From Narcine bancroftii (lineage: Eukaryota): a stretch of DNA of 64,000 nt. A program made the position numbers and the translations under genes. The stretch is from assembly GCF_036971445.1 (NCBI RefSeq), contig NC_091470.1, positions 53,568,001 to 53,632,000 of the forward strand, given 5' to 3'. Below the pieces are notes generated by a model. The model saw only the letters and a list, made by a program, of their open reading frames with translations, was not told where the DNA came from and made no database searches. Of the stretch, positions 1 to 12,384 are shown piece after piece; position 1 is the stretch's first letter, and every line of letters starts with the position of its first letter.

Positions 1-399
1 CCAGAACCAAAGCCTGCAGAATGCAAACTACAGTTGCTATTGTGAACATTCGAAGGCAAAGCTCTGAGATGTCCTTGATTTTGTTTTCCCACTGAAGCCA
101 AAGACAGCATAAGTCATTGTACTCAGCATAGCCGTTGGAGAGAAGGCAGAGTGAGAGAGCACAAACTAAGGAATCCAAAGTTACACAATGCAGAGCTGCA
201 GTGCATGCCTAGAGGTCAGGTTGTGCTGCGAGAAAATCTGAGCCACTTATCACAGATGGAAGAGGCAAAAAAAACCCAAATTACTTGAAGTTGTAGAATT
301 TAGTATTTAATCTGGAAAGCTGCAGCATTGCCAGATGGAAGATGAAGTACTAGCCTTGAAGATGCTCTGATATAAGTAATTCAACACTGTCATCACTGA

Positions 400-1377
400 G
401 TCCAGGAAGTGAGCTTAGAAGTGCAAGTTTATTACTGCTGCATCAGAACGCTATCAATCCTCCTACTGGATTATGCAAGGAACATTATCCCTGGCAGTGA
501 TCCTATCTCCATTGTTTTTAGGCCTGTCAAACTTTGCCCCAGAGTCATCTGTTTCTCCCTGAAGGTCCAGGACAACCACCCCTCATTATATTTCTTCCAT
601 CCAGTGCCTAAAATTGTCCTTTCATGTTTTCAACCCTTGGTCAAAGTATCAAAGCCATTGTGCACTGTTCAGAAATTTACTATTGAGACTGAAACACCAT
701 TAAAGGATATGGGGTTAATTGTGTCCAATGATCTCCATCCCCATTTTCAGAAAGTGTTCAATTTAACCCCCACCATCAGTGAAGAACATTTCAAATTAGT
801 CTCAGAACCAGACTTTTTTTGTCTTATCAGGTGCAGATCTATCTTGAAATTCATTGAGATCTATGTATTGTGGCAGATGTTCATAAGAATTCCCAGTGTT
901 CACATGATGTGTGTTGAATACATCTCAGAACTGAGTTTGACCATTTTATTTTTCCACTCTGAGCAAGTTCAATGTTCTTTTTATTGTCATAACATGTTAA
1001 AATGTAATGTATATGATATATTTCAATTTTTGTCTGCTCTAAGACAGATAAAGAGTCACCATGAGTATTGTCTGGTGCCCCAAACAGACAAGGAGAAGCA
1101 AAATAAAGTACCTTCAAGGACTTGGAATGTTCATGGATTCAACTACAGCATTCCTGCACTTCAAACCATCAATTCAAGCTCCAGATCCAATCCTCCAATA
1201 CGATCAGGAAGCCTTCAGCACCCAGGGCCCTCAGCATCCTCTCGAATCCCAGTTCTGATATCTGGTTCCCATGAACCAGGTCTCCAGCAGCCCACAGCCC
1301 ACAGTCTGGGTCCTTCAACCACAAGTCTCCAGCAGCACATGGCCTATGTGAAACCACCAACAGCCCGCAGCCTATGA
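400..1377 (+). other. Unassigned long open reading frame (325 codons; 3' ~135 codons run into repeat-derived DNA)
   Basis: Stop-free from after TGA 397-399 to 1377, while all three minus-strand frames have several stops. No recognisable motif, start codon or splice sites. Confidence 0.3.
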
Positions 1378-1720
1378 CCAGCTGCTAAGCCCCTCACTGA
1401 TCCACTGCCATTGTCACCATCCTGAAGGATCATTCCTGTGCTTCCCCTTCTCAAAGAGGGTTCTCCTTGTTTCTAGTACCCTGCGCTAGTCCTCTGCCTC
1501 TCTAGAGTTTGCACCCTGATGGTAGGCTGCCCAGCTCAGACCCAGTAGTTACGCGATTTTGAAAAAAAACCACTGTATGCTCCTTTAACAGGCCATTTAA
1601 AGCCTGTATTCTGTCATTGGCATCAGGATTGGGCAATAGGTCCTTATGGAGCAGGGTCTATCCTTGATTCCCATCTCTCCTGCCATTAGCAGCTTCAATA
1701 GTGCCATCATTTTATTTTAG
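965..1720 (-). mobile_element. Degraded non-autonomous LINE-like repeat
   Basis: Starts with a reverse LINE-type tail (caagttcaatgttctttttattgtcat) and ends near a reverse aagatggc-like 5' motif; layout resembles 50650-51505. Confidence 0.35.
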
Positions 1721-1875
1721 CCTGATGATATTTCCAGTTTTTCTTCTGCCCTTTAATCAAATTGATGAGCCTGATTGACAAATTCATTAGTACAAATCCT
1801 CACTTCAGAGAAATGTTGCTGATTTAAAAAAAAATTTTTAATTCCTCTGGTGCAAACATTTCTAAAAGAAGGCCT

Positions 1876-4800
1876 TGTAGCGGCAGTTACACTGCTAACT
1901 GAAGGATCGCACAACCAGACAGGTTGAGTACAGTGAGCAAAACTGATTTATTGCAGGCTGTCTGGCTGGTCTTATACTCCCAGCCCGGACCTGGCTGAGA
2001 ACCACGCTGGGGGCCCTGACGTCACTGGGGCATCACGTGGGTTGCCAAGCTTGGGCTTCTGAGCTCAGTGCCGAGGTCAGGAGGAAACCCACGACGGTGC
2101 TATTTTGGCTGGCTGCCTTTCCGCGTGCGTGACAAGTGGGGCCGGTTCGCCTGCCTAATGGCGTACCGCCACACAGCCCTGCCCCCAGAACCAGCGCCAA
2201 TGTCCTTTTTTGTCAGGCGGCCTCGCTTCTTGGGTTGGGCCGCAATTATTGGCTCAGTGGGGCTGGATTTAACCTGTCCACCATAAACAGTTCCCTCTTA
2301 CCACCCATGTCCAGTGTAAAAGTGGATCCTGAACACTGGACAACTTTGTACAGCCCTTTGTATGGTCTTTGTAGAGGTGCTGTGGTGTGGATGGGCCCCG
2401 TCTGATTAAAAATGTACTCTGCAGAATAGAGCTCACTGGGGATGTAAAAGGCCAATGTGCCGTGTCTGGGTCGCGGTGGGGGTGTGAAGTAGTCCAACTG
2501 GGCCCAGAGGCGAGGAAGTAGACCATGCGGTGACTGCTGGGGGTTGTGAGGTATGTTGATGAACTCACCGGGTAGGGCTAGCGGTGCACCATAGACCAGC
2601 TCGGCTGATGACGCCTGTAGGTTTTCTTTGGGTGTTGAGCAGGTGCCCAGGAGCACCCAAGGCAGCTCGTCCACCCAGTTGGGGCCGGTAATGCGGACCA
2701 TAAGTGCTGACTTAAGGTGGCAGTGCAAACGCTCGCCTAGCCCATTGGCCTGTGGGTGATAGGCCATGGTGTGATGTAGCTCAATCCCCAGCCTGTTGGC
2801 AAGCTGTGCCCAGAGTACAGAGGTAAACTGGGAGCCCTGATCACTGATGAGGGCGAAGAGCGGTGCGCACAGTGCCTGGAATGAAGCAGTTACAGAAATT
2901 GACCATACCCGCGAACTCCTGTAGCACCTTGAGGTTATCTGGGCGTGGGAACTTCCTGACTGCAGCAACCTTTGTAGTGGCAGGTGTAGCTCCTTCGGCC
3001 GTGATGGTATGGGCCAGGAACTGCATGAACTCTTTCCCGAACTGGCATTTGGCCAGATTGATCGTTAGGCTGAATTCGACCAGTCAGGAGAAGAGTGTGC
3101 GCAGGCGACACTTGTGTTGTGCCTGGTCTCTGCTGGCAACAAGGATGTCGTCCAGGTAAATGAATATGAAATTCAAATCCCTGCCCACTGTGTCCAAGAG
3201 GCACTGGAAGGTCTGGGCGGCGTTCTTGAGCCTGAACGGCATGTGTAGGAACTTGAACAAGCTGAAGGGGGTGATAATGGCCATTTTGGGCATGTCCTCG
3301 GGGTGCACCAGGATTTGGTGATACCCGCACACCAGGTCAACCTTGGAGAATACCCTCGTGCCATGCAGGTTGGCCATAAAGTCCTGGATGTGAGGGATCA
3401 GGTACTGTCGCGTCATTAAGTCGTCGATAATCTCCGCAGAGGCGCCAGCTGCCAGAGGCTTTCGGGACCAGGTGGAGTGGTCAGGCTCAAGGACTGTCGG
3501 AGCATCGATGATCCCCAGCTCCTGTAGATGTGAGAACTCTTTCTTCGCCATCTGGAGTCTATCCGGTGAGAGCTGGCATGTCTTGGCATGGACTGGTAGG
3601 CCTTGGGTGGGGATGTAATAAAACACTCCATGGTGAGATAAGGTGGTGGAAAACTGAGGATGGATGGGAACTCGTCCAGGATATGCTGAATCTCGTCCTT
3701 AGGTGTGCTGACCGTGGCCATCTGCGGCTGCTCTGTGCAGGAGGCGTTGAGGCGAACGGATTGGAAGGTACGGGCATCTACCAGTCACCTCCCTCTAATG
3801 TCGACCAGGAGTCCTTGGGCGAGGAGGAAGTCGACACCCAGGAAGGTGGTTGGAAGGGATGAAACAGTGAACCTCCATGAGAACTTCCGCTGGCTGATCT
3901 AGAAGTGGATGGTCTTGTCTCCATACATTTGGATCTCCATCAAATTGGCTGCATGGAGGGGAGTTCATCGAGGCCAGTTCCAGGACTCGATGGCTGTGGC
4001 CGGGATGACGCTGATCTGGGCCCCGGTGTCGACGAGGAAGCGTCGGCCGCTGACTGAATCCCACAGGTAGAGAAGGCTGTGTTCTTGACCAGCTGCTGCA
4101 GCCATTAACAGTGGCCAGCCTGCTCGTTTCCCTGGAACAAGCAGGGCTGATGATACTTCTGAGCCTTGGCTCCCCAGTGCTGGTGGAAGAAGCAGAGGCC
4201 TGAAATGGATGGCTTGCTTCTGGCTATACTCTTTGAGGCCCCTGCAGGGGCCAGGTGTTCCACTGCAATGCTAGAGGAAGGCTTGGTGTGGTCATGCCCG
4301 AGACTCATAACCTGCTGGACTGCTGAGCCCTCCGGGAATTGTTCGAGCCATAGCTCCTGAGCCTTTTGAGTGACCTTCCTAGGATCGTCGAAGCTCTCCT
4401 GGGACAGTAATGGCCAGATGTCTTCAGGCAGATGGTCAAGGAAGATGCGCTCGAAGAGTGTGATCGCCCATGAGCACAAGTATCTCGTCCATCAACTCAA
4501 TTGGAGTTCTGTCCCACAAGGCGTCGAGGCGCAGCATCCGAATGGCGTACTGCCATCTGGAGAGGCTGAGGGAGCTGGTGAGCACCAACTTGATGGTCCC
4601 ATACTTATATTTCACGGGCGGGTGCTGAACGAGGTGCAGAACTCGTTTGGCGGTGACCTGGTCTAGGGCAGCGACCAGATGGTAAAACTTGGTCGAATCC
4701 GATGAAATCTGGTGGATGTGAAACTGAGCCTCTGTGTGGCTGAACCAGGTCTCCATCTCCTGAACCCAGAAGTCAGGAAGCTTGATGGCTATAGCGTTGA

Positions 4801-5152
4801 TCGAAGAGTCGTTCATGTCGGGTTCAAAGATGTTTGAATCTGTCGTGGTCACCAATTGTAGCGGCGGCTACACTGCTAACTGAAGGATCGCACAACCAGA
4901 TGGGTTGAGTTCAGTGAGCAAAATTGATTTATTGCAGGCTGCCTGGTTGGTCTTATACTCCTAGCCCGGACCTGGCTGAGAATCCCGCTGGGGGCCCTGA
5001 CATCACCAGAGCGTCACGTGGGTTGCCAAGCGAAGGCTTCTGAGCCCGGTGCCAAGGTCAAGAGGAAACCCCCGACAGCGCCATTTTGGCCGGCTGCCCC
5101 GCCGCCTGTGACAAACGGGGCTGGTTCACCTGCTTAATGGCATACCGCCACA
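1876..5152 (-). mobile_element. Ty3/Gypsy LTR retrotransposon, CsRn1-like clade, internally deleted and decayed
   Basis: LTRs 1876-2173 and 4857-5152 (TG...CA); 4-bp TSD GCCT at 1872-1875 and 5153-5156; PBS TGGTGACCACGAC (tRNA-Trp-like); purine tract before the 3' LTR; Gag AIKLPDFW..WF, decayed CHCC knuckle, RT YLDD, integrase SDQGSQF..HPQANGL. Confidence 0.95.
2246..4855 (-). pseudogene. Gypsy gag-pol remnant (frameshifted; RNase H and integrase N-terminus missing)
   Basis: ORF fragments 4436-4855 and 4105-4479 (gag), 3084-3626 and 2841-3026 (RT), 2246-2850 (integrase core). RT thumb (NCFIPG) joins directly to ISDQGSQF near 2850. Confidence 0.9.
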
Positions 5153-5189
5153 GCCTATCATTTATAATGCCAACTTTAAAATTTATCCT

Positions 5190-6370
5190 CTAATTAGAAC
5201 CAGCATTTTGGTTGCTTTTTTTATTTTTGTGCCTGCTAGGGAAAATAAGCTATGTTGCTATTCCAAAGTCACTATTCCAAAGTCCAATTGGCTAAACTCT
5301 TTTTCTAATCTCTCTTCTAAATGTGATAAATGTGTAACTGAAGAAGGCACATTGTATCATATGTTCTGGTTATGTCCTTTCTTTCCAATTTTTGCAATGG
5401 GATATTTCATACCTTGTCTTTAGTCCAGTAGTTCTCAACCTTTTTCACTCTCAGACCACTCTCAGACTTTTAAGTATTCCCTATGCCATCAGAGCTCTGT
5501 GATTAGTAAGGGATTACTTAAGGGTGGTATGTGAGTGGTAAGGGAAGGTTGAGAATCACTGCTCTAAACCCAATTGTTACTGAAATATTTTGCTTGAGAA
5601 CAATTGTCGTGGGCCCATTTCCTTTGGAATTATGAAACCTTGCATGTAACGTGTCATTTAGGGTACATTTAAAACAGTGGTTTTCAAACTTTTTCTTTCC
5701 TCCCATATATCACCTTAGGCAATCCCTTACTAATCACAGAGTACCAATGACATGGGGAATACTTAAAGTGGTATGTGAGTGGAAAGAAAAAGGTTGAGAA
5801 TCACTGCTTTAGTTCTTAATATCAATTTGACTCCAAATCCTTTTCTTGTTCTCTTTGGAATAAGTGAGCCAACAGATTTGATATTGAATGCTTCACCATC
5901 TTATGTAGTTGCCCTCACTTCCTTTATTGCTTGAGGGCCATATTGATGAAATAGAATGATGCTGTCCCTCCCACTCACACTCAATGGTTATTCAATATGA
6001 AGGCCTATCTGACTATTGAAAAAAAATAGATGTTCCACTAATGAAACGATTTGTAATTTTGCTTCTTTATGGGGTTCTTTTCTCAATTATTTTTACAATT
6101 TGTCAAATTAACTATTTTTTGGTTTATGACCCCATTGGTTTCCTTATTTTTTTATTATTATCTGTAGTGGTCTGTCCTTGTGAAGCCAATAGCCTCTGAA
6201 GGGTAAGGTTAGATAAATAGAATAGTTGTTTAATTTTTTCCAGTTTTAATGTAATATCGATTTCAATCTCATCTATTATTCTAAAAGATTTGTTTAATAT
6301 TGTATCTTATTCTCATGTACCTATGTAACATTTATACATTTAAATTTATAAAAATATTGAAAGAGAAAAA
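5190..6370 (+). mobile_element. L1/Tx1-type LINE 3' fragment, interrupted by a MITE
   Basis: CDKC...GTLYHMFWLCP ORF2 C-terminal zinc knuckle, T-rich 3'UTR, A-rich end. Confidence 0.75.
5426..5806. mobile_element. hAT (Charlie/MER5-like) composite MITE
   Basis: TIRs CAGTAGTTCTCAACC / GGTTGAGAATCACTG; 8-bp TSD CTTTAGTC/CTTTAGTT; two internal sub-units. Confidence 0.85.
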
Positions 6371-6372
6371 CA

Positions 6373-7490
6373 ATGTCAGCAAAAGGCAGGGAAATGCTTA
6401 AATCTATCATTAAAGAGGAAATAATGAGGCATCTGGAGCGAAATGTATCCATCAAGCAGACACAACATGGATTCCACAAAGGCAGGTCCTGTTTGATAAA
6501 TTTACTGGAATTATTTGAGGGTAGAGGGGAGCAGGTGGACTTTGTCTACCTGGATTTCCAGAAGGCATTTGATAAAAGACTTGTACAGAAGATAAAGATT
6601 CATAGAGTTGGGGGTGATCCATCAGCATGGATAGAGGATTGGCTAACCAGTAGAAAACAGAATTGAGATACAGGGTATTTTTCTGATTGGAAATCGGTGG
6701 TGAGCAGGATGATACAGGGGTCAGTTTTTGGCCCACAACTGCTCACAAAAAGGATCTGGAAGAGGGGACTCTGTGTAGTGCATCTAAGTTTGCTGATGAC
6801 ACTAAATTGAGCGGGAAGGCAATTTCTGCAGAGGATATGGAGAGACTGAAAGAGATATAGATAGGTTAAGTGAATGGGCAAGGGTCTGGCAAATGGAATA
6901 CAATGTTGGTGAATGTGATATTATCCACTTTGGAAGGAAGAATGGAAAATCAAAATACAATTTAAATGGCAAGCGATTACAGCATGCTGCCATGCAGAAG
7001 GATTTGGGAGTCCTTGTGCATGAATCACAAAAAGCTGGTTTTTCAGGTGCAGCAGGCTGTCAAGAAGGCAAATGGAATGTTGGCTTTCATTGCTAGAAGG
7101 AAGGAATTTAAGAGCAGAAAAGTTATGTTACAATTGTACAAGGTACTGGGGAGGCTACATCTGCATCTGAAGTACTGCATGTAGTTCTGGTCTCCTTTCT
7201 TGAAGGATGTATTGGCTTTGAAGGAGGTACAGAAGAGGTTCACCAGTTTGATTCCAGAGATGAAGGGGTTAGCCTTTGAGGAGAGATTGTGTCATCTGGG
7301 TCTGTACTTGCTGGAATTTAGAAAAATTAGCTGGCTCTTATTGAAATGTATAAAATAATGAAAGGCCTCAATAAGAGAGGTAAGTAAGTTATTTCCATTG
7401 GTGGGGTGGGGGGGGGGACCAGAACTAGGGGACATATCCTCAAAATTCAGGGTAGTAGATTTAGGATGGAGAAGAGGAAGAACTGCTTTT
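6373..7490 (+). mobile_element. CR1 LINE reverse transcriptase fragment
   Basis: QHGFHKGRSCLINLLE, VYLDFQKAFDK, SKFADDTKL, TRTRGH; several frameshifts. Confidence 0.9.
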
Positions 7491-8435
7491 CATCCGCATC
7501 CCCTCCATTTCCTGCTCATCTGCCCTGGCCCCCTCAGCCCCCAGATGCAACAAGCATAGAATCCCCCTCATCCTCACCTACCACCCCACCAGCCTCCATA
7601 TCCAAAACATAATCTGCCGGAATCCCCGGCACTTACTACAGGATCCCAACATCAGACACATTTTTCCTTCTCCCCTCTTGGCCTTCTGCAGAGATTGCTC
7701 CCTCCGCGATTCCATCGTGCACTCATCCCTCTCCACTCATCACACCCCAGCACCTTCCCCTCTGCCTAGAAGGAGGTGCAATACTTGCACCCACACCTCT
7801 TCCCTCAAAACTGTCCTTGGACCCAAACAAGCCTTTGAAGTGAAACAACACTTATTTACTACATCTGGTGCTCCCCTTGTGGCATTCTTTACATTGGAGA
7901 GACTGGTTGCAGATTGGGAGATTGCTTTGGTCAGCACCTCCTCTCTGTTCCTAATAACAGTTCTCAGTGACCATCCATTTCAATTCCAAGTCACTCTCCC
8001 ACCCTCATACATCTGTCCATGGTCTTGTGTACTATCCCACCCTGACCACCTGCAGATTGGAGGAGCAACACCTTTTTTTCTATCTGGGTACCTTCCAGCC
8101 AGATGGCATGAACATTGACTTTACTGCTTTCCACTAAACCTGCTTGCTTTTCTTTCCCCTCTCCTTTTCCTGTCTTTCCAGTTCTTCCACCCAACCAGCC
8201 ATCCTTCCTCCCCCTCATTGCTGCTGTCCCCTCTTTCCTTTCTTCACATATTATCTGCTGCCTTCGCCACCTTTTTTCCACCCCCAACCCAATACCCCTT
8301 TGTTTGGATGCTTGCCGGCATTTTCTCATACTTTGAAGGGCTCATCCCAAAACGTTGGTTATGTATCTTTAATTTTGCTACATAAAGGACACTGTTTGAC
8401 CTCCTGAGCTTCTCCAGTATTTTGTGGTTTTACTT
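7490..8435 (+). mobile_element. Penelope-like element 3' fragment (GIY-YIG region and terminal repeat)
   Basis: RRRCNTCTHTSS..GPKQAFEVKQH and YIGETG-like coding remnant, pyrimidine-rich tail, gaagggctcatcccaaaacgtt motif. Confidence 0.75.
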
Positions 8436-9700
8436 CCTACACTTGATCGTGTTCCCTTCGTCTTGGCATACTCTCATCCTTGTGTTTTCTATCTCCTCTG
8501 CAGACAACTCTTCATCTGCACTCTTACATTCTGACTTCATCCTTCTGAGCAGGTGGATGCAAGTGAGAGAAGGATATAAATCTCAGAAAAACACTGGGAT
8601 GGTCACTTCTGAAGCAGGAGACTGCTTATTCTACTCTCCCTTTCTGTTTATTGTAATCTGCCATCCAGTGAAATTATATTTGTAGGAAAACATTGAAATG
8701 AAAGGTGACAGAAGAAAAATAAATCTGAAGGAGTGTAATTCTGAAAGATTTAGGTGATAACATACCTGATCATTTTCACTGTCACACTCCAGGGATTAGT
8801 GCTTGAAAACTTGTGGCAGTTAATTTTCCAGAGAATGAGTTGGCACATAACTTAGTGAGAAATGGAGAACTAGCAGATACAACAAAGCTGTCAAATCAGC
8901 AAATTTGGTTTTTTTTTTTGTGTTATATTATTTTGATTTTCCAGGATACGTCCATTGATGATGATTTTAAAAAATAGAGAAGCAAAGGTTACTGATCAAA
9001 TTAAATAACAAAAAAATCTATAGCAGTCAATTAAATCATGTAGCACCTATAGGTTCAATGTGTAATGTCCATTTCTGCCCTTAATAGATATAAATTGGAA
9101 CCAAGAACAGTGACCTGTGACCACTGTGGTGCAGTCTCAGTACAAATGGGAAAATCTCATGCTAGTTAATTGTTCTTTACATTATTTAAACAGACATTAT
9201 GCTGACAACAAGAGACCTGACTGGGCCTTTTCAGAAATGATTCCAGGGATGGCTCAGTGGTGACACCACAGTCAACAACTCCATCCCTGAAGTCATCAGC
9301 AAGGCCGTGGTGTCTACTTTGGGTAAGATGGAGATGTTGGTGAATGAGGCAAAGACAAATCGATCTGCCCAGAACCTGTTCTCCCAGTAAATTTTTGCCA
9401 GATGTTTGTTTTCCAAGAGTATCACCACAGAGATCATTGGTATTCTTCTGACACGCTCTTGTGCATGACACATTGACTTCACACTTCCTCACTCATTCCG
9501 ATGTATTCCAGCAGATGTCTGACACACCTCCCTTCAGCTGCTCACCACTGCAAATAAGATGATAAGCAGGCATTGTCTTTGTAATTAAATAATTTCAGTC
9601 TATAGTTTCAATGAGGAAACTTGGACTCTCTGGCTCTGGATTTGCTATTATTGCTGCCTTCTCACGAGTTTTCAGTCATTGCACTCTTGTGCCTTTAAAG

Positions 9701-10070
9701 CTGTGGTTTTCAAACTGCCCCTATACTCACGTTCCACCTTAAGCCATCCTTATGCCTCAAGTGCTCTGTGATTAGTAAGGGATGGCTTAAGGTGGAATGC
9801 GAGTGGAAAGAAAAAATTTGAAAACCACGGTTTTAATCGTACCTAATTGCCTCGTTATGTGCATGGTTTCATAACTCCAAAGGAAATGGGCCAATGACAT
9901 TTTTCCTCAAGCAAAATAATTCAGTAACAATTGGGTCTGGAGCAGTGATTCTCAACCTTTTCCCACCCATGTACCATTTTAAGCAATCCCTTGCTAATCA
10001 CAGAGCACCTGTAGCATAGGGATTACTTATAGTGGTATGTAAGTTTAAGGGGACAGTTTGAAAACCACCA
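9701..10070. mobile_element. hAT composite MITE, same family as 5426-5806, opposite orientation
   Basis: TIRs CTGTGGTTTTCAAAC / GTTTGAAAACCACCA; 8-bp TSD CTTTAAAG/TTTTAAAG; spacer is the reverse complement of that in the first copy. Confidence 0.85.
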
Positions 10071-10904
10071 TTTTAAAGGCTCGCATTGAGGCTCTGTTCT
10101 TTTTACAATTGAAAACATTTCCATTTCTCAATTTACAAGAGGCTGTGATGGTGGGAACATTTTCCTGGAAGCACTCATTACTCATTCAAATACAGGAGTC
10201 TCACTGAGGGACATTATTTTAGATTCTTCAGTTTTACATCTTGCAAAATAAAACAATCTACTTTTCTCACATCAAACTTATTGAAACACTGTCAGAGCAT
10301 TTCAAGCCTAAATCAACTGTCTCAGAGAATATTTCAGATTCCTTCAAAAAGCAGAAGTTCTTGTTGATGTTGTCATGGCACTGAAGCACCAGACTATCTG
10401 CTATTATTTTGATGCATTCTTAGAGTATGTCCTCCAAGATCAATTTATGGTCTCCAAGTAGCAGCTTATCTTAAGTGATTCTTGTCACAAGAAGATTTCA
10501 CTTTTATACTCTTTTATTTCACTGCCTCTGGAACCTGTCTGTATTGAATACCAAGTTTGACTAATCCAAAGGTGCAGTCTAGGAAACAGGAGGCATCGCA
10601 AGTCCCAGAAGGCAAAGTAGTCTACTCCACTTCATTCTCAGAGGGTTCTCTGGTCAGCCAGTAGACTAGCTAAACTGTCAAACCCTGCACTCTCATCAGT
10701 CCACTGCTGGACTCGATCCCCACAGTCTGTGGATCTTTACTTACTACCCGTTCCAGAACATTGCACACATGTGCGTGTCCAGCCAGAACTCTTCGAACCC
10801 TGCTTACAGCAACAATGGTGATGTTCAGAGGGTCCAAGAAATGATGTAATTGAACAAAGTTTAATCACAAGCAAGGATTTTTATTTATACTCTAGGGGAA
10901 GGTG

Positions 10905-11340
10905 TATCAGAATTTATTGTCATGAACAATCATGAAATTTGTTGTTTTGTGGCAGAATCAAAGTGCAAACGTTTATAATAAACCACCTTAATAATAAAAA
11001 TAATGCATAAAACGTTAAAGTGAGGCAGTGTCTTTGGTTCATTGATCATTCAGGAATTTGATGACAGCAGGAAATAATCAGTCCTTATGCCACTAAGTGC
11101 TTGTCTTAAGGCTCCTTTACCTTTTTCCTGATGATAACAGATTGAAGACGACATGGCCTGGGAGGTGAGGGTCCTTTAGAGATTGATTTCTTAAGACACT
11201 GCCTCTTGCAGATGTCCTTGATGGAGTGAGGACTGATCCCCATTATGTCAGAGGCTGAGTTAACAACCTTGTGGAGTTTTTTTTTTTGCCCTGAGCATTG
11301 GCAACTCAATACCAATGATGCAGCCAGCCAGAATGCTCAG
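10905..11340 (-). mobile_element. Rex1/Babar-like LINE 3' fragment
   Basis: KKLHKVVNSASDIMG..CLKK remnant; reverse tail atcagaatttattgtcatg. Confidence 0.65.
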
Positions 11341-12384
11341 ACTCCGCTAAACAGCAGATATTCACTACTCTCGACAGAAGGTTACTCATTATGGTTCTCA
11401 CAGATAAACACGAGGATGAAACAAAAAGTGCCTGCCACTCCTCGCTCACTAGCAGGCATGGCACCCTGATGAACATTAAAGTGCAACTATATGGATAACA
11501 ACATGTAAGGTACAACAGTCCTCCTCAGAAATGCACCACTTGAGTCTGGTGGACTTTATGCTGCAGCCTACGAGAGGGGCTGGCTCAGATGCACCCAGAT
11601 GACCTGTGAGGACCAACAGCTGTGCCTGTATACCTAGGAGAACAAAATGAATTGCAGCCTCACCTGTGAATGGCTATAACCTTGACTGACTTGGGGAAAT
11701 GGCTTTCAACCTGCCTGGCTGGTCAGATGACCATCCAAGAGCAAGTACATGGAAATTCCTTTGTTTGGACCAGTTTCCTGTATGACCTGTTGAATAATCT
11801 TCCGGATGCCAGTGACACAAAGAATCAAATGGGACATTTCACAGAAAATAAACTAGCAACACTACTGGGAACAATAGAGGGAGCATATGTCTGAAGGAAT
11901 GCCTCCATTGGGTCTGGCACAAGACAGATGATGGGTCAAAAAGATGTCTTTTTATGTTGTAAGAAAGACATTTGACTTTTAATTAGGACATATTTGATTC
12001 TGCCTTATTAGTTGGGAATGAATTCTATATGTGGACAAAATAATACAATGAATTTGATCTGGGGATTGAAGTGTCTACTTCAGTCCATTCTGTATTGATG
12101 AGTCGTTCTAACTTGTAAGCTCTTGTTGGGGAAAGCAAATGAACCTCAGCATATTTTTACCTTCCTCTCTCTCATTCTAACATATAAACACAGGAATTTA
12201 CCATTCTTTTCTACAATATTGAGGACAAAACTTGGCTGTGGACATTGGAACCTGCTGTTGGATTAAAATCAGGTGACAATGTCTGCACAGCTTGGAAACC
12301 AGACACAGGTATAAGAAACTGATGAATCAGCAGTTGTCTGTGATCTAAGTGTCTACACACTCTCTAAAAAACAAGAAGCCAACT

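Noticed and set aside
1-210. Minus-strand 70-codon frame running off the window edge (..WENKIKDISELCLRMFTIATVVCILQALVL)
   Set aside because: Too short and truncated to support; needs the neighbouring window.
9166-9550. Minus-strand exon or selenoprotein-type TGA readthrough
   Set aside because: No recognisable protein, partner exons or SECIS; the frames fit antisense shadows equally well.
10350-10450. Faint resemblance of VVMALKHQTICYYFDAFLEYV to a GEMIN4 segment
   Set aside because: Recalled from memory, short, and the flanking sequence does not agree; not supportable without an alignment.
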